Shown here: piece by piece, positions 1 to 10,653 of the stretch | Layout: every line of letters begins with the position of its first letter | Position numbering within the stretch: position 1 is the first letter of the stretch | From: Bdellovibrionales bacterium | GTDB lineage: Bacteria; Bdellovibrionota; Bdellovibrionia; Bdellovibrionales; JAGQZY01 | Direction of reading: 5' to 3' | Assembly: GCA_031426555.1 (NCBI GenBank) | Contig: JANPLN010000015.1 | Location: 96,001 to 160,000, forward strand | Length of the DNA: 64,000 nucleotides | Translations under genes and position numbers: made by a program | The notes under the pieces: generated by a model | What the model saw: the letters and a program-made list of their open reading frames with translations, nothing else | Database searches by the model: none | What the model was told of the DNA's origin: nothing

Positions 1-207
1 CAAATCACTGGCAGAATCCGATCTGATGGCTTAGGTATTGCAATAATACCCTCTGAAGTTACTAAATAATCCGAGTCCATATAGGTAAATTGGCGCCGGA
101 CATTTTTAACCCCAAAATTAGACTTTACGAGGAAATAAAGGAGGGATTCCAAACGAGAATTGCGAAGAATTTAACCGCAGCAGAGCGCTGCAACAAGAGG
201 AGCTTTT

Positions 208-663
208 ATGGAAACAAAAACGGAAAATCGCGATGTACAACAATTCACGTCATCTGCAAGCACAGTTCTTAAAGATTCGAAAGCATTGAGCAGTTTTTCA
301 GTCGATGACATTGATCAGGCGAAATTTTTTTATGGCACAATACTTGGCCTCCCTGTTTCTGATGTCGATGAGATGGGCACTTTAAAGCTACAATTGTCAG
401 GCGGCAGTGAAGTCATGATTTATCCAAAAGAGAATCACTCTCCTGCAAGCTTCACGATACTCAATTTCCCAGTCTACGATATCGAACACACTGTGGAGGA
501 GCTTAAAAAAAGCGGTGTTCGTTTTGAGCAGTATAACGGCGAGCTCCAAACTGACAAAAATGGAATTTCTCGCGGAGACGGACCGGTGATCGCATGGTTT
601 AAAGACCCTGCTGGAAATATTATCTCGGTTTTAGAGATAAAACAGAACTCCAAAATGCACTGA
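208..663 (+). CDS. VOC/glyoxalase (bleomycin-resistance-like) family protein
   Basis: Typical VOC motifs [26 protein letters not shown]...GV.F and AWFKDPAGN. Confidence 0.85.
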   Translation: METKTENRDVQQFTSSASTVLKDSKALSSFSVDDIDQAKFFYGTILGLPVSDVDEMGTLKLQLSGGSEVMIYPKENHSPASFTILNFPVYDIEHTVEELKKSGVRFEQYNGELQTDKNGISRGDGPVIAWFKDPAGNIISVLEIKQNSKMH

Positions 664-747
664 ATTGATTTTAGCCACAGTAAGTAGTATTCGGTACAAA
701 ATGCAGATTCTGTAGTATGCTTCCGTTTGGGTCTAAGCGGGGGACAA

Positions 748-1812
748 ATGGACAAAAGAGCATGGAACGAAACTCTAAAACCATTTATGGTAAAGTCCAA
801 CCTCATCGCCACTCGGCAACTGCTGGTGACACTAAGTCTTTTTGTGGGCGTTTGGTACTTCTACATCAAAACAATCCAAGTCTCTGCACTCCTGGCAATT
901 CCCTTTGCACTGATCATGGCGTGTTTTGTTTTACGATTTTTTGTGTTGATGCATGATTGTGGACATGGGGCTTTATTTTCTTCGCCGCGTGCCAATCAGT
1001 TTTTTGGGTATGTGCTCGGCGTGATCACGGGGATGCCACAATTTGTTTGGTCAAAAAGCCATTCGTACCATCATTCCACCAATGGAGATTGGGAAAAGTT
1101 TCGTGGAGCTTTAAATATTTTAACCACAAAAGAGTACGCGCAATTGAATCCAGCGCAACAGCGGATGTACCGCTTTATTCGCCATCCACTCACTTTGCTT
1201 ATTTTAGGTGGGTTCTTTTACGTATTTTTTAACCCACGATTCAATTGGCTGGTGGGAATAATCAAGTTAACTAAAGATTTTTTTTCCACAGCTATTTTTA
1301 GTTCCCTGAAGGACGCTAAAAAATTGTTAGTAGACTGCCCCTCCAAAAAATGGAAGTCTGCCAAAGAATTCCGCCATATGACCTACAACAATCTAACCCT
1401 GTTAATCATTTGGATTGTCATGTGTCGATCCATCGGCACCTACAACTTTTTTATTGTGTACGCCTCAGCTTTATCTTTAGCGGGGGGATTGGGAATCATA
1501 TTTTTTACAGCCCAGCATAATTTCGAAAACTCCTATGCGGAAAACACCTTGCACGCCGATTATACCCGCGCGGCCATCGAAGGTACGAGCTATCTGAAGC
1601 TTCCTGGAATTCTCAACTGGTTTACAGCCGATATCGGCTACCACCACATACACCATCTTTCCACAGCGGTTCCCAACTACCGTCTTGCCGCCTGTCACTA
1701 CGCACTGGAAGGGCACTTCGTGGATGTTAAACGGATCCACTGGCGAGAAATTCATTTCTCCATCAAACACTTATTGTGGGACACAGATACAAAAAAAATC
1801 GTTCTTATTTGA
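748..1812 (+). CDS. Membrane fatty acid desaturase (Bacillus Des-like)
   Basis: Three His boxes HDCGH, HSYHH, HHIHH plus TM segments; ATG at 748 after GGGGG chosen over TTG at 727. Confidence 0.88.
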   Translation: MDKRAWNETLKPFMVKSNLIATRQLLVTLSLFVGVWYFYIKTIQVSALLAIPFALIMACFVLRFFVLMHDCGHGALFSSPRANQFFGYVLGVITGMPQFVWSKSHSYHHSTNGDWEKFRGALNILTTKEYAQLNPAQQRMYRFIRHPLTLLILGGFFYVFFNPRFNWLVGIIKLTKDFFSTAIFSSLKDAKKLLVDCPSKKWKSAKEFRHMTYNNLTLLIIWIVMCRSIGTYNFFIVYASALSLAGGLGIIFFTAQHNFENSYAENTLHADYTRAAIEGTSYLKLPGILNWFTADIGYHHIHHLSTAVPNYRLAACHYALEGHFVDVKRIHWREIHFSIKHLLWDTDTKKIVLI

Positions 1813-1843
1813 GATTCGGTATTCGCTAGTTTAAGCGTTTAAG

Positions 1844-2716
1844 TTATTTTTCCAAAAGCTTCTTTAGCAACGCATTAGGAAATCGGCGTCGCTGCACGAT
1901 CGCATAAAAACTCTCTTTGATCTCAGGAATTCGATAATGTTCGACAAGAATTCCGGAATCAAGTTCGTCTTTGACTGCTATGGGGGGAACAAGTGCTAAA
2001 AATTGGCTTTCTTTAGCGAGAACTCGCAACATGGCAATGTCGTCTACTTCGGCTGCCAGCAGCGGAGTGATGCCAGCAAGCTCCATGGCGCGATCAAACG
2101 AATTGCGAATATCGCTTTCGAGGCTCGGCACGAGGATATGCTGTGTTGCAAGATCTTTTGGGTACTGAAAGCGTTTCGCTTTTTTGTTTTTGCGACCCAC
2201 AATGCTGACGGATTGTTGCTTCAATAGATAGCTATGAGTTGATGTGTGCAGGTCTGCTTTAGGCATGGTATTCGCCAGCACCACATCCAGCTGCAGCGAC
2301 TCAAGTTGTAGAAGGAGTTCGCGCATGCTGCCCGAGCGAATGACAAGTTCCACGTCCGTACGGCCAATTAACGGTTTTAAAAACTCAATTTGGAAATTCC
2401 GCGACAGGGTGGTGATAGAGCCGACTCTCAGCACCTGCTTGCTAGTTTTTGGTTTGCCCTCCAGAGTATTTATCAGCTCGTTGCCAGCTTTAAAAATTGT
2501 GTTCGCATAGTCGAGAGCTATTTTTCCGGCCTCGGTAATAATTAATTTTTTCCCTGCTCTTTCAAACAGTGGGTGCCCTAAGTGATCTTCAAGTTTTTTA
2601 AGTTGCGAGGACACTGCCGACTGGGAAATATGCAAGCGTTCGGCGGCGCGATTGAGGGCGCCTTCGTTGGCGATGGCCCAGAACAAATGTAAATGGTGAT
2701 AGTTTAAAGTCGACAT
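1844..2716 (-). CDS. LysR-family transcriptional regulator (NhaR-like), divergent from dabBA
   Basis: LNYHHL..F..IA.EG...RAAERL..SQSAVS.Q.K.LE..LG..LF.R HTH followed by a LysR substrate-binding domain. Confidence 0.92.
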   Translation of the reverse strand: MSTLNYHHLHLFWAIANEGALNRAAERLHISQSAVSSQLKKLEDHLGHPLFERAGKKLIITEAGKIALDYANTIFKAGNELINTLEGKPKTSKQVLRVGSITTLSRNFQIEFLKPLIGRTDVELVIRSGSMRELLLQLESLQLDVVLANTMPKADLHTSTHSYLLKQQSVSIVGRKNKKAKRFQYPKDLATQHILVPSLESDIRNSFDRAMELAGITPLLAAEVDDIAMLRVLAKESQFLALVPPIAVKDELDSGILVEHYRIPEIKESFYAIVQRRRFPNALLKKLLEK

Positions 2717-2723
2717 CTAGTTA

Positions 2724-2738
2724 TTCTATTAAATAGAA
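2724..2738. promoter_or_regulatory. Candidate LysR recognition box, palindrome TTCTATT-A-AATAGAA
   Basis: Perfect 7-bp inverted arms containing T-N11-A, just upstream of the LysR start and in the divergent intergenic region. Confidence 0.6.
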
Positions 2739-2813
2739 CGAAATATTACAATATATCTATTTTTATAATACCCTGCTGTCCCCTATACTGCGAGTCAATA
2801 AAGGAGAAAACCT

Positions 2814-4451
2814 ATGACTTCCAACTTGCTGTGGCTTGTGGCGCTGGGGCCCGTTGCACTGCTTAGCGCATGTTTAATCCCAACTACGGTAGCTGACCTA
2901 TATCCTCGGCCGTTAAATAGATTTGCACAAATATTGTCTTTCTTGTCTTTCGTGGGCGCTCTTGCGACTGTTTGCTTAGTAACACTTCACTCGTCGCTTT
3001 ACACACCGCTTGCGGGAAGTCGGGGAATCGGTTTTTCGCTTTATCTCGATGCAATTAGCGCCACGATGTTCGTGTTGGTTTCATTCATTGGAATGGTCGT
3101 CGTCGCTTTTAGTCAGAATTACTTGGCTGGTGATCCAGGCCACGGACGATTTATGAAAATGATTTCAATTGCCTTAGGATCAGTTTTACTGCTCATCGTC
3201 GCAGGCAATTTTTTTCAGTTTCTTGCAGCTTGGGTTTCTTCAAGTCTTGCTCTTCATCAACTCCTCACATTTTACTCCGAGCGCCCATCGGCAATACTCG
3301 CGGCAAGAAAGAAATGGGTGGTCAGTCGCTTAGGAGATTTATGCATTCTGAGTGCGATTGCGTTGCTTTATTCCCAGCTGGGAAGTCTTGACTACGCTAT
3401 CATCTTTAAAGCAGCCCACGAAATGCAAACCCCAAGTCTCATCTCCTCGCCATTTTTTTTAGCAGCCCCACTCCTTGCGCTAGCAGCCCTGTTAAAGTCA
3501 GCGCAGTTTCCAATTCACGGATGGTTGCTTGAGGTGATGGAAACACCAACTCCGGTTTCTGCTTTGCTGCATGCGGGAATTATTAATGCCGGAGGGTTTT
3601 TGATTCTTCGCTTCTCGTCCTTGATAAGTCTCTCGCCATTCGCCATGAACATGCTACTCATTGTTGGAGCGGTGACCGCCATCTTTGGCTCGCTAGTAAT
3701 GCTTACCCAAACTTCTGTTAAAGTTTCTTTAGCCTACTCCACGGTCGCGCAAATGGGATTTATGATGCTTGAGTTCGGCCTTGGAATGTTTTCGGCGGCG
3801 ATGCTGCACATTATCGCTCACTCACTTTACAAGGCTTATGCTTTTTTATCGTCGGGTGAAACTGTAGCGCGAGCACCGTCAGCAAAAAATCATCCAAAGT
3901 CAGTCTCTTTAAAGGGGGCACTTCTTACGTCCTCACTTGCAGTGTTTACGGCTTTATTCACGGTCACCATGGTCGGCGTCGCCTTCGATTCAACGTTATT
4001 CAGCAAACCAGGAAGTGCGACTCTCAGCTATATTTTCGTTTTGGGTTTGGTCACGCTGACTTCAACTCTGTTTGATGGACGTCTAGGCTCGATGCTCCTC
4101 GTGCGTTTTGTAGCTCGCCTCGTAGGCATCACAATTCTATTTTTTAGTGTACAGTATTTTTCTGAGGCTCTATTTGGCGGCCATCTTGCTCGCGAGTCCA
4201 ATCAGTTCAACCTAATTGATATTTTCGTGCGCGTTTGCATTATATTCGGTTTTAGTGCGATCACTATTCTTCAGAGCGTTCTCTCGCGCACACACGGAAG
4301 AGAGCTTTGGATCAAACTTTACGTTCACCTTGCAAACGGATTCTACATAAACACCATTGGGAATAGTTTTGCGATTCGGTTTTGGCCAAGTGCCGCACCG
4401 AGATCCACCGTGCCGGAGTATATACCCTATAAAAGACGAGGAGATTCATGA
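2814..4451 (+). CDS. dabB: Inorganic carbon transporter membrane subunit DabB (NuoL/MrpA-like proton-conducting subunit)
   Basis: KSAQFP.HGWL.EVMETPTPVSALLHAG, STVAQMGFM and HSLYKA motifs; overlaps the dabA start by 4 bp. Confidence 0.85.
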   Translation: MTSNLLWLVALGPVALLSACLIPTTVADLYPRPLNRFAQILSFLSFVGALATVCLVTLHSSLYTPLAGSRGIGFSLYLDAISATMFVLVSFIGMVVVAFSQNYLAGDPGHGRFMKMISIALGSVLLLIVAGNFFQFLAAWVSSSLALHQLLTFYSERPSAILAARKKWVVSRLGDLCILSAIALLYSQLGSLDYAIIFKAAHEMQTPSLISSPFFLAAPLLALAALLKSAQFPIHGWLLEVMETPTPVSALLHAGIINAGGFLILRFSSLISLSPFAMNMLLIVGAVTAIFGSLVMLTQTSVKVSLAYSTVAQMGFMMLEFGLGMFSAAMLHIIAHSLYKAYAFLSSGETVARAPSAKNHPKSVSLKGALLTSSLAVFTALFTVTMVGVAFDSTLFSKPGSATLSYIFVLGLVTLTSTLFDGRLGSMLLVRFVARLVGITILFFSVQYFSEALFGGHLARESNQFNLIDIFVRVCIIFGFSAITILQSVLSRTHGRELWIKLYVHLANGFYINTIGNSFAIRFWPSAAPRSTVPEYIPYKRRGDS

Positions 4452-6853
4452 TTGCCGAGGTCAAAATATCACAAGCCATTCAGCGTGCGTGCAATAAAAT
4501 AGCACCCCTTTGGTCGTTAAAAAATTTTGTTGCTGTGAATCCATTCGTTGGTTTTAGCGATATCTCGTTTTATCAAACTTGCGCCCAGTTTAGGCGTGTG
4601 AACCGCGCCGATGTGCTAATGCCACGAGGGTTTTATAAGGATGCCTTGAGCTCCGGTTTCATCCAAGATCAGGATTTGGAATCGGCCCTCTCATTGGTCT
4701 CAAACTTAGCAGGGGCTTCCAGATCTATAGAGTCCTTAAAAGAAAGTCTTAGTAAAAGTGCAGTTCCACAGAAACCGAAAGCCGTGGTTGCCACCATCTC
4801 CGAAGTCTTAGATAAGTTGTCACATGGGAATCGTCAGTTATCGAGGACCGCTTTTATGGTCGACGAAATCGCAAAATTTTGTGCGGGCTACTACGACGAG
4901 GGGCAAGCGCTTTTATCCTTTCCCTTAAAAGAACAATCCCTTTACTCGGCGTGGCTCACTTTGCAAAAATTTGACAGAAATCCCGAGTTCATGGGAATCA
5001 GCCACTATCGCGAGTCGATTGCCAGGGCTCCAACGACGCCGACCGAAGCCATCGAGTTTGTGGTCGAAGCCCTTGGCATTCCTCCGCGTGCTGTAGAGGA
5101 TTACCTCTATCGTGCCCTTTTCGATATCAACGGATGGGCCTCCTATGTTCGACACCTAGTTTGGAAGAGTGAACTCAATGGCGAAAAAAACGATTCTCTC
5201 GTACAACTTTTAGCGATTCGTGTAGTTTGGGGATATGCGCTTTTTCTCGAGCGCACCGACGAAACTTTTAAGCGAGAGTGGAAGCTCGCTATGCAGGAGG
5301 CGACTCAGCTTCCACTGGATCACGATCTCAGTGGTGATAAAGATTTGGCCATCGATATCGTTCTTCAAGAAGCTTACGAATTGGCTTATCAGCGGCGCCT
5401 TTTTAAATCGATAAACGAGGTCGCTGGCCCACAGATTCCATCAGCAGCACAGCGCCCAGCCCTGCAAGCGGCATTTTGCATCGACGTGCGATCCGAGGTA
5501 TTTCGCCGAGCGCTGGAGAAGGTGTGCGCAGGTGCAGAAACCATTGGCTTTGCAGGATTCTTCGGAATTCCTCTGGAGTTTACCCCCAACGGTGCCGAAC
5601 AGGTGAGGGACCAGTGTCCTGTTCTTCTAAAACCTGCATACAAAGCCACCGAATCAGGAAACTTTCGAAAACGAGTTTCCGACTCGTGGAGGCGATTCAA
5701 ACTATCCGCTGTTTCTTGCTTTGCCTATGTTGAGACGTTTGGTGTGTTTGCAGTTTTTGATCTTATCAGTAAAACGTTTTGTCTTTCCAAGACCGCGCCA
5801 CCCTCGGTTGGAAAAATTCATATTCAAAGAGTCAGCGAGTATGACAATCATTTTTCTGACACCCAAAAGATTCAACTTGCGAAGACGATTCTTCACGCCA
5901 TGTCGCTAACAAAAGATTTTGCGCCTGTTGTATTGTTGGTGGGGCACGGAAGTTCCACTACAAATAACCCCCACGCCTCGGGATTAAACTGTGGAGCCTG
6001 TGGTGGTCACTCAGGCGAAGTGAATGCTGTTGTCCTGGCAAATATTCTCAACGAACCATCGGTGAGGGAAGGGCTTCGCCTGGAAGGCCAAATTATTCCC
6101 AACGACACTTGGTTTTTAGGTGGCCTGCATAACACCACCACCGACGAAGTCGCCGTTTTAGGAATTGAGCAGGCTCCGAGTGCTTCTAAGGATAAAATCA
6201 AAGAGTTGCAAGGCTGGCTCGCCCAAGCGGCGGGATTGAGTCGCAACGAGCGTCTACCTGCATTGGTTCCTCATAAGAAAAACGGCGCCAAGGCTGAAGT
6301 GTTTGCGCGCAGTCTGGACTGGTCACAGGTACGACCGGAATGGGGATTGGCAGGTAACACAGCTTTTATCGTGGGACCTCGCTCGCTCACTAAAAAAATC
6401 GATCTTGGCGGTCGCGCCTTTCTACATAGTTACGACTGGAAATCAGATGAAGATTTTTCTGTGCTAGAGCTCATAATGACCGCACCCATGGTTGTCGCCA
6501 GCTGGATTAATCTTCAATACTTTGCGTCGACCACAAATAATCAGGTATTTGGTGCAGGCAATAAAGTTCTGCATAATGTGACTGGTACGATTGGGGTCAT
6601 CGAAGGAAATAGTGGTGACTTGCGTGTAGGATTGCCGTGGCAATCTGTGCATAATGGATGTCAATTTGTGCATCAGCCCCTACGCCTTAACGTGATCATT
6701 ACAGCGCCAACGGAGGCCATTAGTCGCGTTATCGAAAAACATCCCAGCGTGCAAAATTTAGTGGATAACAAATGGATTCATCTTTACGCCACGACTGATG
6801 GGGGAAAGATATCAGAACGTTATCTGGGAAATCTTAAGTGGAGTGCACTTTGA
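4448..6853 (+). CDS. dabA: Inorganic carbon transporter subunit DabA (DUF2309/UPF0753, beta-carbonic-anhydrase-like)
   Basis: IAPLW.L..FVAVNP, FCIDVRSE, GHGS...NNPH.S.L.CGACGG, DWSQVRPEWGLA and FLHSYDW; Zn ligands C, D, H, C present. Confidence 0.92.
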   Translation: MIAEVKISQAIQRACNKIAPLWSLKNFVAVNPFVGFSDISFYQTCAQFRRVNRADVLMPRGFYKDALSSGFIQDQDLESALSLVSNLAGASRSIESLKESLSKSAVPQKPKAVVATISEVLDKLSHGNRQLSRTAFMVDEIAKFCAGYYDEGQALLSFPLKEQSLYSAWLTLQKFDRNPEFMGISHYRESIARAPTTPTEAIEFVVEALGIPPRAVEDYLYRALFDINGWASYVRHLVWKSELNGEKNDSLVQLLAIRVVWGYALFLERTDETFKREWKLAMQEATQLPLDHDLSGDKDLAIDIVLQEAYELAYQRRLFKSINEVAGPQIPSAAQRPALQAAFCIDVRSEVFRRALEKVCAGAETIGFAGFFGIPLEFTPNGAEQVRDQCPVLLKPAYKATESGNFRKRVSDSWRRFKLSAVSCFAYVETFGVFAVFDLISKTFCLSKTAPPSVGKIHIQRVSEYDNHFSDTQKIQLAKTILHAMSLTKDFAPVVLLVGHGSSTTNNPHASGLNCGACGGHSGEVNAVVLANILNEPSVREGLRLEGQIIPNDTWFLGGLHNTTTDEVAVLGIEQAPSASKDKIKELQGWLAQAAGLSRNERLPALVPHKKNGAKAEVFARSLDWSQVRPEWGLAGNTAFIVGPRSLTKKIDLGGRAFLHSYDWKSDEDFSVLELIMTAPMVVASWINLQYFASTTNNQVFGAGNKVLHNVTGTIGVIEGNSGDLRVGLPWQSVHNGCQFVHQPLRLNVIITAPTEAISRVIEKHPSVQNLVDNKWIHLYATTDGGKISERYLGNLKWSAL

Positions 6854-6936
6854 GACGCGTGAGGAGGGGCAACTGGTCTGTGAATTTCTGGTAAAGCTAG
6901 CCAATCAGAAAATTTGCCTGCATGATCAGCTGACAT

Positions 6937-8061
6937 ATGCACGACGTTAGGCAGCTCAAGGTCCTTACAGGTTTTCGTTTTTTTGCGGCTCTCCACGTCG
7001 TTTGCTTCCATAATTTTTATTTATTCGGCAATTTGCAGAGTCTACCACCGTTTTTCCTCAAATTTATTCAAACCGGGGAAGCGGCAGTTTCCTTCTTTTT
7101 TATTCTTTCGGGCTTTATTCTAACTCACGTCTATCAACACAAACTAGTCACTGCCGATCAAAAAACAAACTATTTCATTTCTCGATTGGCCAAACTGTAC
7201 CCTTTGTATTTTCTGGGAATGCTATTGGATTTTCCGAGGGTGATCAATTATTTTTTTGCGACCAACGAACCAGGCATTGCTGTTTTAAAAGCTAGCGTCA
7301 GTGGAACCGCCTATTTTTTGATGCTTCAATCGTGGTTTCCGCCGGTCACCACCGCCTGGAACCCACCTGCCTGGTCGCTATCCTGCGAAATGTTTTTTTA
7401 CATCGCGTTTCTATTTTTGCTAAAACCAATTCTTAAATTTAAAAATAACCTACAAGCAATCCTGGTCAGCTATCTAATTCCATTGATCCTATTTGCAATC
7501 TTATCCCAGGTATTCGACACTGAGAGTCCTACTTTCACCTTAGGCTGGATTGCCTTTCCTTTGATTCGAATTTTTGAATTCTTTATTGGTATATTTTTAT
7601 ACGGCTTCGTTGGAAACCAGAATCCCATGTCGCAGTGGATTCAAAAACATTCCTCCTTGGTGTTTTGGTCGGCACTCGCTGTGTCACTGAGTTTAACTCA
7701 GTTTTTCGAAAATCCCATCGACGGAAAAATTTTTTCGCATCTTTTACTGGTGCCATTATTTTCTTTGATTATTCTCAGCGCCAGCTACGATGACGTCGCT
7801 TGCAAAAGAGTTTTTACCCATCCGGTAGTAAATTATTTAGGCATGGCCAGTTATGCCATTTACATTCTTCATCAGCCGTTAAAGAACTATTGCTTACCGT
7901 TCATGGAACCATCGCTTTTTCTCGGTAGTATTTACTTTGGAACACTTCTTGTTCTGTGCTGTTTGGCTCATCAATTTGTGGAAATTCCCTTGCAACAAAA
8001 GATCGGCAAACGCCTGCGCGTCTTACTGCGGAGCTCCGCCAGTTTGCCAAATTCGCACTAG
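6937..8061 (+). CDS. Acyltransferase family 3 (OafA/YrhL-like membrane O-acyltransferase)
   Basis: LTGFRFFAA..V..H, V.FFF.LSGF, WSLSCE..FY and G..SY..Y..H motifs. Confidence 0.88.
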   Translation: MHDVRQLKVLTGFRFFAALHVVCFHNFYLFGNLQSLPPFFLKFIQTGEAAVSFFFILSGFILTHVYQHKLVTADQKTNYFISRLAKLYPLYFLGMLLDFPRVINYFFATNEPGIAVLKASVSGTAYFLMLQSWFPPVTTAWNPPAWSLSCEMFFYIAFLFLLKPILKFKNNLQAILVSYLIPLILFAILSQVFDTESPTFTLGWIAFPLIRIFEFFIGIFLYGFVGNQNPMSQWIQKHSSLVFWSALAVSLSLTQFFENPIDGKIFSHLLLVPLFSLIILSASYDDVACKRVFTHPVVNYLGMASYAIYILHQPLKNYCLPFMEPSLFLGSIYFGTLLVLCCLAHQFVEIPLQQKIGKRLRVLLRSSASLPNSH

Positions 8062-9216
8062 GTCGCGATCGCGCTCCGAAAGCATGCCGGTAGGAGGCAT
8101 GGGATTGAGGGAGTCGTTCATGCGATCTACCATTAAGGCCGCAGCATTTCGGGCACTTGTGTAGTTTGAAAGATTCAATCCAGCTCGCGGATTTGCTCCG
8201 CTATGGCACGACACGCAGGCGCGGTTTAAGACGTTCAAATTCACGTTGGTAGAGATCAACTGAGTGTGGGTGACAGTTGTGGGAAGTGGTGGTTCGGTTC
8301 CGCCCGTTGTTGCACCCCCAGTTGTGCCGCCGCCACCAACGCTGCCCGATTCTGTTTGCAGGCGGCCAAAAGCAATGGCGAAGGAGTCTCTAGCAGCGAC
8401 GGGTGAGTGTACGGCGAGTGCATTGGCGGCGTTTGGCGCCAGGTTAAAGTCAGTCATCGAAACAATCAACGCGCTCAGCTGGCTAAAAGTGGTCACGTCG
8501 TAAAGGTTACTTTCGTTGATACTAAAAAGTATTTTATTAATTCTGTAAGGAGTGGTCGCATTGTCCTTCAGGCGAACTGTTGGATTACGAAATTCATAAC
8601 CGCGATTTACAGGTCCCGAAACAGCAACTCGTACTTCGATTGAAAAAATCATTAAATACTTGCCACGATCTCCACTCGATTTCATTTCATTGGCCAAATC
8701 CCATTCGAGCTTCACCCAAGGATTCCCGGTGCGAGCGTTTTGCATAATTCTGGCATCGCTTTTATGCAGGGTGAGCATTTCTAACCCTGGGATTACATCT
8801 TCGCCAGAGTCCTTTGCGCATTTCGCAAATGACTCATCAGCCTTGGTCCAAGCGGCCCGGTAGCGATCAACGAGAGGTTGATTCATAGCTCCGGTGACGG
8901 TGGCTTGGTGGGCCGGGTTTAAAAAGTTTCTTTCCACACGGGTCCGTCCCAAACTGTTAAAGGCATTGTAAGCCGTTTGGAAATCGCTGTTGGCAAACGA
9001 GCCCAAGCCCGGACCATTTTGGTGGCAAGTGGCGCATTTGGCTTTAAAGGTTTGGTAGTAGGTGGAGCCAAAGGTGTTCATCAAAGGAGCTTCGCAACTT
9101 CCTGAAAATTGTGTAAAGCTCGCCGTAACTCCGTCGTGGATGGGAGCTCCGCAGTTTTGAAATAACAAAACTGAAATTAAAGCGGCGATCAATAAAACAA
9201 AAGCATTCTTATGCAA
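8023..9216 (-). CDS. Lipoprotein, di-heme c-type cytochrome of unknown function
   Basis: FQNC lipobox; two CxxCH motifs (CATCH, CVSCH); C-terminal MPP distal ligand motif; Gly/Thr-rich linker. Confidence 0.75.
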   Translation of the reverse strand: MHKNAFVLLIAALISVLLFQNCGAPIHDGVTASFTQFSGSCEAPLMNTFGSTYYQTFKAKCATCHQNGPGLGSFANSDFQTAYNAFNSLGRTRVERNFLNPAHQATVTGAMNQPLVDRYRAAWTKADESFAKCAKDSGEDVIPGLEMLTLHKSDARIMQNARTGNPWVKLEWDLANEMKSSGDRGKYLMIFSIEVRVAVSGPVNRGYEFRNPTVRLKDNATTPYRINKILFSINESNLYDVTTFSQLSALIVSMTDFNLAPNAANALAVHSPVAARDSFAIAFGRLQTESGSVGGGGTTGGATTGGTEPPLPTTVTHTQLISTNVNLNVLNRACVSCHSGANPRAGLNLSNYTSARNAAALMVDRMNDSLNPMPPTGMLSERDRDLVRIWQTGGAPQ

Positions 9217-10642
9217 CTTTAATCACCTGACTGAGAACCGACGCATCGAGCGCGTTTCGCCCCACTACTCTGCTAAAATCACCGATTCTTTTGTTAAATT
9301 GTAAATAGTTGGCAAAGACAGCTTGCGCGGCACGAGAAGGGTCATTCCCTATTGGAAACTTATCATCCGCAACCTGCGCATCGGTAAAATGACCAATTTG
9401 GTTTGCACTGACGGCCGGACGCCGTGTGGGTGTGTACATGAAAATATACGACGCTCCCGCACTTCCACGATCACTGGTCCATGGAGCGGTTCGCGAGTCA
9501 GACTCTGGTGAATTCACAGCCCCATCGCTCGTGACGTAAAGAAAAACCGGTTTCTGTAGGGCTTTAGCGGTTTGTAAAATGCGACCAATTGTAACTCCCG
9601 CATTGCGATCACGAGTGTTGCCCGTGTTGCGTGAGTTGTCGTGGTAGTCGTAGCCACCCATTTCGAGGCCCGTTGCTCCGGCAAAGCCTTGTAAAGCATT
9701 ATAAACCATGGAACCAAAGACGTAATCGTTGGACCCCTGATTAGAATTATTATTGATCTGCCAAATGGTGCCTACGGCGGCGTTGAGCACTGGGTTTACC
9801 GCGCCGGTTCCCTCTTCGACCAGAGCTTTATTTTTGATGCCAGCACACTCTACAAGTTTTTGCAGTTGATCGCCAGCGCCAAGAGACGCAAGCTTTCGCG
9901 ACTGTTGCTGGCTGAGACCAGAAACAAGATTGGCGAGTTTAATTTTTTGTGCTTCGTTCAGTTGTGTTCCAATCGCCGCAGAATATCCTAAAGAGTTGGT
10001 AATATCACGAAAGCTTCTCACAACAAGAGGAGTGGGCGGCAATAACACCGAGGGCATATCACTCACACCTGTACTCGAAGAGCGTGTTCCAAGATTTGGA
10101 AGGTGTGTTCCATTCAAGCCGGCTTTCACAACCAAACCAGAAATATTGGAAGCGTTTTCGCTGGAGTCATCGCGGGAGCGAACGCAAACACCGATAAAAG
10201 ATGTGCGCGAAATTGTATCCGCATCGGCGGCACTGCGGATTCCCTCGAGCATTTTACTGAGTAGTGCACCGTTTTCAGTGCCAGCAAAAGTTCCGCCACC
10301 AAACTCACGTTCGATGGGCAACTGGTTGTTTCCAAGTCCCATTTTATTGTACGAAGCCAGAGGAGCGCCCGAAGCATTCATGGGTACGAAATTGCTGGAC
10401 ATGGCAGCCCCACCCGAAAGATTTAAATGGATGAAAGGAGCAAATGACGAAATGCTGGTCGCACACTTTGCCGCAGATTGTGCTGACGCTGTGGAAGAAA
10501 GTAGCAGTTGCATCATTTGCGGTGCAAACAAAGTTCCTGCAAAAGGAATGATCCCGTGAGCGAGCAGCTCTCTGCGAGTCACAGGTTTACTGTGACCGGT
10601 TTTTGCCCAACTTGGTATTTCTTGTGGTTTATTTCTTTTCAT
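9209..10642 (-). CDS. Tat-exported protein of unknown function (DUF1501/DUF1552-like)
   Basis: H.KPVTRRELL twin-arginine signal; L.GG near the N terminus; GGYDYHD and TSDG motifs resembling DUF1501 GG.D.H. Confidence 0.6.
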   Translation of the reverse strand: MKRNKPQEIPSWAKTGHSKPVTRRELLAHGIIPFAGTLFAPQMMQLLLSSTASAQSAAKCATSISSFAPFIHLNLSGGAAMSSNFVPMNASGAPLASYNKMGLGNNQLPIEREFGGGTFAGTENGALLSKMLEGIRSAADADTISRTSFIGVCVRSRDDSSENASNISGLVVKAGLNGTHLPNLGTRSSSTGVSDMPSVLLPPTPLVVRSFRDITNSLGYSAAIGTQLNEAQKIKLANLVSGLSQQQSRKLASLGAGDQLQKLVECAGIKNKALVEEGTGAVNPVLNAAVGTIWQINNNSNQGSNDYVFGSMVYNALQGFAGATGLEMGGYDYHDNSRNTGNTRDRNAGVTIGRILQTAKALQKPVFLYVTSDGAVNSPESDSRTAPWTSDRGSAGASYIFMYTPTRRPAVSANQIGHFTDAQVADDKFPIGNDPSRAAQAVFANYLQFNKRIGDFSRVVGRNALDASVLSQVIKVA

Positions 10643-10653
10643 AATTACGTCCT

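Noticed and set aside
1..80. Possible minus-strand gene start (MDSDYLVTSEGIIAIPKP...) running off the window
   Set aside because: Too short to evaluate; no SD or motif
2814..4451. Respiratory complex I subunit NuoL
   Set aside because: No other nuo genes nearby, and it is coupled to a DUF2309 gene, which defines DabB
9930..10559. 209-aa plus-strand ORF, and similar antisense ORFs such as 34272..34940 and 51684..52208
   Set aside because: Shadow frames fully inside well-supported genes on the opposite strand, with no motifs
9209..10642. Type II secretion GspF (a label I recall on similar proteins)
   Set aside because: It has a Tat signal and no GspF-like TM topology, and no T2SS genes are nearby
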